From Fibrobacteria bacterium (GTDB lineage: Bacteria; Fibrobacterota; Chitinivibrionia; Chitinivibrionales; FEN-1185): a stretch of 64,000 nucleotides of DNA. Below the pieces are notes generated by a model. It was not told the DNA's origin. It made no database searches and worked only from the letters and a program-made list of their open reading frames with translations. Made by a program: the position numbers and the translations under genes. The DNA lies in NCBI GenBank assembly GCA_037447435.1, contig JBBIGR010000010.1, positions 32,001-96,000 of the forward strand. The letters run 5' to 3'. Below are positions 58,329 to 64,000 of the stretch, piece after piece (the stretch's first letter is position 1; every line of letters begins with the position of its first letter).

Positions 58329-58880
58329 ATGTCTCTGAAAAAGATTCTTGCAATTGGTTTGTTGGCATTGACAATCGGCGGTTGCGGTGCGGAATACATG
58401 AAAAAACAGGACACCTCTCCGCAAATTTCGGCAGATCCTGCAAAAGCGACATTGGTGATTTATCGGAGTACTTCGTACGGTTGGGCAAAGGAAATTTATA
58501 ATTACATCGATAAAACCTTTATCGGTGCCACAAAAGGCAAATGCTATTTCGTCTCAAAACTTGAACCCGGCGATCATTACCTTATTGCCGATGCCGAAAA
58601 TAAGGCCTGCGCAAAAATAAACGTCGAAGCCGGCAAAGTATATTTTGTCCAACAGAATATTTTTATGGGAGTAATGTCTGCCAGAACAGGCTTCCAGGGC
58701 TCCAACCCCCAAGATTTCGACGGACAAAAGAAAGAATTGACTTATGTAATTCTTAATCCCGAGGAAAAGGCGCCGACGCTCGAGGAAAAAGATTATAATG
58801 AAACCGTCAAAGATTTTGAAAAAGAAAACAAAGAGGATCCTAAAAAGCACGAAGATACGAATAATTTAAAAGGATATTAA
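58329..58880 (+). CDS. DUF2846-like lipoprotein
   Basis: GGAGG RBS; lipobox IGGC; 'KATLVIYR', 'LEPGDHY', 'EAGKVYF'. Confidence 0.72.
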   Translation: MSLKKILAIGLLALTIGGCGAEYMKKQDTSPQISADPAKATLVIYRSTSYGWAKEIYNYIDKTFIGATKGKCYFVSKLEPGDHYLIADAENKACAKINVEAGKVYFVQQNIFMGVMSARTGFQGSNPQDFDGQKKELTYVILNPEEKAPTLEEKDYNETVKDFEKENKEDPKKHEDTNNLKGY

Positions 58881-58891
58881 TTTCCAAGAGA

Positions 58892-58925
58892 GAGCCGTGA
58901 CCCCGTAGTCGGAAGGGCACGGCTC
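58892..58925 (+). terminator. GC-rich intergenic hairpin
   Basis: GAGCCGTG...CACGGCTC stem with inner CCC/GGG; no U-tract. Confidence 0.35.
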
Positions 58926-58933
58926 CACCCATA

Positions 58934-60001
58934 ATGAATAAATCCTTACAAAATCAAACCAACTCCCGTCTGGATTATGCCGACGCAATCCGTGCCTTTG
59001 CCACAATATCGATAGTATTCTTACACGTCGCATCTCCGGTGGTACAGGACTTCACGTCATATCCGCGTTCCTGGTGGTGGATCGCCAATGTCGTCTATTC
59101 ATTTTCGCGTCCGGCAATTGCATTGTTCGTCATGATAAGCGGTATGTTGCTTTTGTCGCCGTCCAAAGATGAATCTCTTTCGTTTTTTTATAAAAAACGT
59201 TTTATGCGGATCGGCGTTCCTTTTTTGTTCTGGGGCATATTGTTTTATTTTTGGAAAACGCAAGGCCAGCATTTCTCAATTGTAAATCTTGCAAAAGAAT
59301 TCATTGCCGGGCCGGTTTATTATCATTTATGGTTCATTTATACCATAACCGGGATATATCTCGTCACTCCGATTTTCCGGATATACACAAAAAACGCTCC
59401 GAAGTCGAACCAGGCTTACCTCGTGATTCTCTGGTTTGTCGGGACAGCGATATATCCTTTTGTTACGTACTTTACGGGGCTTTCGATCGGAATCCCGATC
59501 ATGGCTGTCGGGGGATTTTTAGGGGCATTTCTTTTAGGCAATTTTGTGAAAGAAATTACCTTGCCCCAAAAGCTCGATACATTGTTATGGCCGGTATTTC
59601 TCTTGTCCACCTCGGTCACGGCAATGGGGATTTTTATATTATCGAACAACAACAAATCTTATAACGGCGTTTTTGCGGATTTTTTATGCCCCAATGTTAT
59701 TTGTATGGCTATTTGTTTGTTTTTCCTATTCAAAAACATCGATTTCGATGCTTTAAAAATAAAATCTCCCCTGGCTTTAAAAACTATTATTGCCGTTAGC
59801 TCGACAAGTTTCAGCGTTTACATTATTCATATCCCGTTACTTGAAATTTTCAAGTCTCACATCCCTGGTTTTCACCTCGATGCAACGCTTTTTCATCCGT
59901 TACTTGGTATTCCGCTCACTACAATTATAACGCTTTGTATTTGTATTGGATTAACGGTACTCCTTAGAAAAATTCCTTTTATGAAATTTGTCTTGCCGTG
60001 A
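58934..60001 (+). CDS. Acyltransferase family 3 (WecH/YiaH-like) membrane protein
   Basis: 'D.IRA.A...VFLH', 'FVMISG.LLL', 'YHLWFIY', 'SFSVYIIH'. Confidence 0.88.
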   Translation: MNKSLQNQTNSRLDYADAIRAFATISIVFLHVASPVVQDFTSYPRSWWWIANVVYSFSRPAIALFVMISGMLLLSPSKDESLSFFYKKRFMRIGVPFLFWGILFYFWKTQGQHFSIVNLAKEFIAGPVYYHLWFIYTITGIYLVTPIFRIYTKNAPKSNQAYLVILWFVGTAIYPFVTYFTGLSIGIPIMAVGGFLGAFLLGNFVKEITLPQKLDTLLWPVFLLSTSVTAMGIFILSNNNKSYNGVFADFLCPNVICMAICLFFLFKNIDFDALKIKSPLALKTIIAVSSTSFSVYIIHIPLLEIFKSHIPGFHLDATLFHPLLGIPLTTIITLCICIGLTVLLRKIPFMKFVLP

Positions 60002-60047
60002 GCAGCAGATGGTTTGCAGTGCGGCAAGGAAAATTGCAAAAGGGGAT

Positions 60048-61097
60048 TTAGTTGGATTTAGGAATTTTCCCCAGAATGAAATCAAGCCTGATTTCAACCG
60101 TACTCGACACAAAAGATAATTTTTTGTCGGGGTCTGCCATAGCGGGGTTAATATCGCGGTTCAATAGATACATATTGCCATTTCGGAAAAAACCCGCGTA
60201 TCTTCCAACATAAGATATTGAAATTTCCATTCCCGAACTGTTCGATAAAATTTGTTGTGAGCCAATTCCGATTCTCCAGGATGCGCCCATTCCCCAGGCG
60301 TTAAAATCGCTTGTTCTGGCTTTTGCGCCGTTTATCACGGAGTCGGAAATACCCGTTGAAGAGAACGAGGTGCTTCTGTCGATATGCAAGTAGGGAAGCA
60401 CGGAAAGCCCAAGTAAAACGCAGGTCTTGTCTACTTTGTCTATTTTGAAATACCGTTCATTTATTTTATACCGATAAAAGGAACCTATCGAAAATCCGAG
60501 GCTGTTCATGGATTGTTTATAATCGATTCTCGGTGCAAGCGTGTCGTGTTGCAAGGTAGCCTGGAGCGACTTGCCGATATAGAAAAAAGATGCCTCGAAA
60601 CCAAGGGAGCTTTTTTCATGGACAATGGGGGTATAGGAAAGGTAAATCGGAAAAAGAATATTATAGGAGTTTGCTTTTTCTTTTACGGCAAATCCAAGTG
60701 TGTCGGGGTTGCTTGCAAGGATTTTTTGAACGGAATCGGGCAGCGCGTTTTCCCATTCGGTCAAAAGAGGGTACGAACCTAAGCCCCATGCTGCTCCGAA
60801 ACTGTAAAATGGACGGGTAAGGACTCGCGATACAGAATCAATTGCGGGCGGCTTTGCATTTATGCTTTGATCCGATGGCTTTACCGAAGACGAGTCCTGT
60901 TTCTTGCGTACCAAAGACAAAGAATCGAGTTTTAAGGAGTCGGTTTTTACCGTCGTTGCATTACTTGACAGAGAGTCCTTTACCTGTAGGGTACCACCAA
61001 CCCGAATCGAATCGATTGCATTTCCAGCTATCACGGATTGCACCATAAAAAAGCAAAACACTACAAAACGGGATTTGCGATAAGGAAATGTCGACAT
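60048..61097 (-). CDS. Hypothetical exported protein, possible beta-barrel
   Basis: Signal-like N-terminus, Ser/Asp-rich linker, amphipathic strands; start overlaps the tsaB stop. Confidence 0.6.
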   Translation of the reverse strand: MSTFPYRKSRFVVFCFFMVQSVIAGNAIDSIRVGGTLQVKDSLSSNATTVKTDSLKLDSLSLVRKKQDSSSVKPSDQSINAKPPAIDSVSRVLTRPFYSFGAAWGLGSYPLLTEWENALPDSVQKILASNPDTLGFAVKEKANSYNILFPIYLSYTPIVHEKSSLGFEASFFYIGKSLQATLQHDTLAPRIDYKQSMNSLGFSIGSFYRYKINERYFKIDKVDKTCVLLGLSVLPYLHIDRSTSFSSTGISDSVINGAKARTSDFNAWGMGASWRIGIGSQQILSNSSGMEISISYVGRYAGFFRNGNMYLLNRDINPAMADPDKKLSFVSSTVEIRLDFILGKIPKSN

Positions 61098-61798
61098 TAG
61101 GAAATAGCCTGTTGTTGTTTCCGTTCAACGGAACTGGTATTAAGGTAAATTGGTTGAATTGTGTCCGGCGATTGCCACCGTTTTGAATCGTACGTTTCCA
61201 TAGCCGCGATTCGCGCGCAGGCCAACCCTCGTTGCAGGGGGATTTTCTCAACGCTAAAAGCATTCGGACGGTTTTCCAAAAATCCGAAAACTGTGCTTTT
61301 TGCATAACCGAGCGTATCGGTGATTACGATATCGGAATCTTGGATTGAAGCAGAAAATGTATTTGAGTCGCAAAGGGTATCGGGGGTTATCCTTGTTACA
61401 TACCCATCGCGGACAGTAAACCGCGCCCAAAATAATTCGTTATTCCTGGCATCCGACGCAGCCACAATCGTTGCGGCGTCGACTTGAAGGCATCCGGCCA
61501 TACTTTCTAAAGAAGAAACCGCGATTATGCGGGCGTTTCGTTGGAAAAAGAAGCCTTTTAAAAATGCGATTCCTATGCGCAACCCGGTGAAAGAACCGGG
61601 GCCTACGGCAATGCCTGCGCATGAAATGTCTGAGGCTAAAACTTTGTTGGTTTTTAAAAAAAAATCAAGGCATTGCGTTATATGTTCCGCATGAGAATTC
61701 CGGAAATATCGCGACATACTCATGGCTGGCTTGGCATCGCAATAAAGGCCGATTCCAAGTTCCACAGACGATGTATCGATGCCAAGAATATAGGTCAT
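61097..61798 (-). CDS. tsaB: tRNA t6A37 biosynthesis protein TsaB
   Basis: 'ILGIDTSS', 'HAE', 'GPGSFTGLRIG', 'DAR', 'P.YL'. Confidence 0.93.
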   Translation of the reverse strand: MTYILGIDTSSVELGIGLYCDAKPAMSMSRYFRNSHAEHITQCLDFFLKTNKVLASDISCAGIAVGPGSFTGLRIGIAFLKGFFFQRNARIIAVSSLESMAGCLQVDAATIVAASDARNNELFWARFTVRDGYVTRITPDTLCDSNTFSASIQDSDIVITDTLGYAKSTVFGFLENRPNAFSVEKIPLQRGLACARIAAMETYDSKRWQSPDTIQPIYLNTSSVERKQQQAIS

Positions 61799-62841
61799 AG
61801 CGTAATCTTATGCTTTTTCAAAGCAGTGGTTATAAGAATATCGATAAGGCCTTTATACGTACCGCCCGAGACGATGAACGACTTAGGCAATAAGGAGTGG
61901 GACGTAAGACCCGGTAAGGAATTAAGCTCCAATACATACAATTTGCCGTCTTTTCCAAGAATCATATCTGTCCTGGAAACACCTTGACAATTCAGTATTC
62001 TGTGCGCTTTTTCCGCGGTAGCCATAATTTGCCGAAGCAACTTTTGCGGACGAGGGGCAGGAACGAGTTCTTGCGATCCGCCATCCTGGTATTTTGCCGA
62101 AAAACTGAAAAATTCACTGGCAAGCGGCCTGATTTCAATCGGCGGCAACGCTTTAATGGAACCATCGGGAAATTCGAGTACCGGACAGGTAAATTCAGGA
62201 CCTTTAATTTCCTGTTCGATTAAAATGTCAGGTGAAAAGGGAGCGAATTCTTTTAGGGTTTTCAATAGCGATGCTTGTGAATCGACCCTCGCCAGTAATC
62301 TGCTGGAACCGGACTGCGGGCATTTGACATACATTGGAAAGCCGAATCGTTTTGCCAGTGTTTTCGCCGTTACTTCAGGATGGCCCGGACCTGCAATGCA
62401 ATTAGGCGGAGTTTTGAGGCCGTTTTGTTCGAAAATAAATTTGCTTGCAATTTTATTCATTGCACAGGCGCTTGCGTAAACCCCGGAACCGGTATAGGGA
62501 ATCGACAATGTGTCAAGAAATCCCTGTAACACCCCGTCTTCGCCGAATGAGCCGTGTACTGCAAGGAAAGCAGCATCGCATTTATCCCAAACCGCGGAAG
62601 ATGACTGAGGTAAAAAAGGACCTTTAAAAGCATTTGATTTTGCCGGCGAGGCCAGCTCCTTTTCAGGAGGAACGGTTTTCCCTAAATCGCAATAAAAGAA
62701 TTCCAACTTTTTCGTAATAACCACGGCCCGGACTTTATATCGCTTTTTATCGATATTTTCCAATACTTCCTTACCGGATTTTAGCGAAATTTCATTTTCG
62801 GCGGAAGGACCGCCCATGATGACATTTATTCTGAGAGGCAT
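61795..62841 (-). CDS. ddl: D-alanine--D-alanine ligase
   Basis: 'GGPSAE.EIS', 'HG..GEDG', 'PYTGS', 'AKY', 'ELNSLPG'. Confidence 0.94.
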   Translation of the reverse strand: MPLRINVIMGGPSAENEISLKSGKEVLENIDKKRYKVRAVVITKKLEFFYCDLGKTVPPEKELASPAKSNAFKGPFLPQSSSAVWDKCDAAFLAVHGSFGEDGVLQGFLDTLSIPYTGSGVYASACAMNKIASKFIFEQNGLKTPPNCIAGPGHPEVTAKTLAKRFGFPMYVKCPQSGSSRLLARVDSQASLLKTLKEFAPFSPDILIEQEIKGPEFTCPVLEFPDGSIKALPPIEIRPLASEFFSFSAKYQDGGSQELVPAPRPQKLLRQIMATAEKAHRILNCQGVSRTDMILGKDGKLYVLELNSLPGLTSHSLLPKSFIVSGGTYKGLIDILITTALKKHKITL

Positions 62842-64000
62842 AATGACGCTTCTTTCAGTTTTTTGCCGATAATTTCAATGACTTGAGTCGATGCGACCCG
62901 ATATTGCTCCCTGGAGTCCCGTTCACGAATGGTCACCGTATCGTCCTGTATCGATTGGCCGTCGACAGTAATGCAAAACGGCGTGCCTGCCTCGTCTTGG
63001 CGTGCATAGCGGCGACCGATGGCCGCGCTGATGTCCATGGTGGCCCGAATGGAATTCTCGAGCAGGTCTTTGAATATCTTTTCAGCTTTTTCGGGCATGC
63101 CCTCTTTTTTAACAAGGGGCAACACGGCTGCCTTGACAGGAGCAAGCGCCGGGTGAAAGCGCATGATGACCCGTTGCGGGTCATCTTTATCCACATCATA
63201 GGCGTCTATCAGAAATGCCAGCGTCGCACGATCGGCGCCTGCGGCCGGCTCAATGACATAAGGGAATACATGTTGCTTTGTTTCCTCGTCGAAATAAGCC
63301 AAGCTTTTTCCGCTCGATTCCGAGTGGCGTTTTAAGTCGAAATCGGTGCGGTTTGCGATACCTTCGAGCTCACTCCATCCGAATGGAAATAAATATTCTA
63401 CATCACAACATCCTTTTGCATAATGGGCAAGCTCGTCCTGAGCATGGTCGCGAAGACGAAGATTGTCTTTTTTAATGCCAAGGGAAAGATACCAGTTTAA
63501 GCGCCGGTTACGCCAATACTCGTACCATTGTGGATCAGTGCCCGGCATACAGAAAAATTCCATTTCCATTTGCTCGAATTCGCGTGTGCGATAGGTGAAA
63601 TTTCCCGGCGTTATTTCATTCCTAAACGATTTTCCGATTTGCGCAATCCCAAACGGCGGTTTTAACCGGGACGCTTGTTGAACATTCAAGAAATTCACGA
63701 AAATTCCCTGTGCAGTTTCCGGGCGCATGTACACGGTTGCAGAGGAATCTTCAAGGGGGCCCATAAAAGTTTTGAACATCAAATTGAACTTACGGACTTC
63801 GGTGAGCTGGCCCCCGCATTTGGGGCATTTTTCCAGATTTGTCAAATGGTCGGCGCGGAAACGTTCTTTACACGATTTACAGTCGACCAGCGGGTCCGTA
63901 AAACCACCCAAATGGCCCGAGGCTTCCCAAACCTTTGGATGCATGAGAATGGCTGCGTCAAGTCCGACGATGTCGCGGCGGTTGGTAACCATGGATTTCC
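62826..64000 (-). CDS. glyQS: Glycine--tRNA ligase, alpha2 type (5' end outside the window)
   Basis: 'WEASGH', 'RPETAQG', '[10 protein letters not shown]', 'EFEQME', 'ELEGIANR', '[10 protein letters not shown]'. Confidence 0.96.
   Translation of the reverse strand, partial: KSMVTNRRDIVGLDAAILMHPKVWEASGHLGGFTDPLVDCKSCKERFRADHLTNLEKCPKCGGQLTEVRKFNLMFKTFMGPLEDSSATVYMRPETAQGIFVNFLNVQQASRLKPPFGIAQIGKSFRNEITPGNFTYRTREFEQMEMEFFCMPGTDPQWYEYWRNRRLNWYLSLGIKKDNLRLRDHAQDELAHYAKGCCDVEYLFPFGWSELEGIANRTDFDLKRHSESSGKSLAYFDEETKQHVFPYVIEPAAGADRATLAFLIDAYDVDKDDPQRVIMRFHPALAPVKAAVLPLVKKEGMPEKAEKIFKDLLENSIRATMDISAAIGRRYARQDEAGTPFCITVDGQSIQDDTVTIRERDSREQYRVASTQVIEIIGKKLKEASLCLSE

Noticed and set aside
61795..62841. 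Van-type D-Ala-D-Lac ligase
   Set aside because: The omega loop retains K-Y ('SAKY'), the context is housekeeping and there are no van genes

Overview
This is 64 kb of bacterial chromosome in the standard genetic code, about 50 genes at high coding density. I found no rRNA, tRNA, CRISPR array, transposase or phage genes. A TIGR02147-family gene, a lipoprotein with a 'C-x5-AGG-x-SSQTGN' motif, an alpha2-type GlyRS and a Tol system suggest a Gram-negative anaerobe of Fibrobacterota (Chitinivibrionia-like); this is inference only. Housekeeping genes: typA, purH, topA, trmFO, tolQRAB-cpoB, rsmA, nth, tsaB, ddl and partial glyQS. Accessory modules: (i) a PP2C phosphatase, stand-alone Cache protein and chemoreceptor; (ii) an sxtI/J/K/L-like carbamoyltransferase cassette whose transferase has an in-frame TAA; (iii) a carbonic anhydrase-protease-hdrA-mvhDGA-tusA operon with no hdrBC; (iv) a TIGR02147 regulator-lipoprotein-secreted protein unit with a palindromic operator candidate; (v) a strongly divergent chorismate-synthase homologue upstream of an M16 peptidase pair and a flavodoxin; (vi) uncharacterised outer-membrane barrel, TPR and lipoprotein genes; (vii) polysaccharide export and acylation genes. 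The best candidates for undescribed biology are the AroC-like enzyme with an altered active site, the HdrA-Mvh-TusA module and the TIGR02147 unit. All family calls come from motif recognition by eye; no searches were run.
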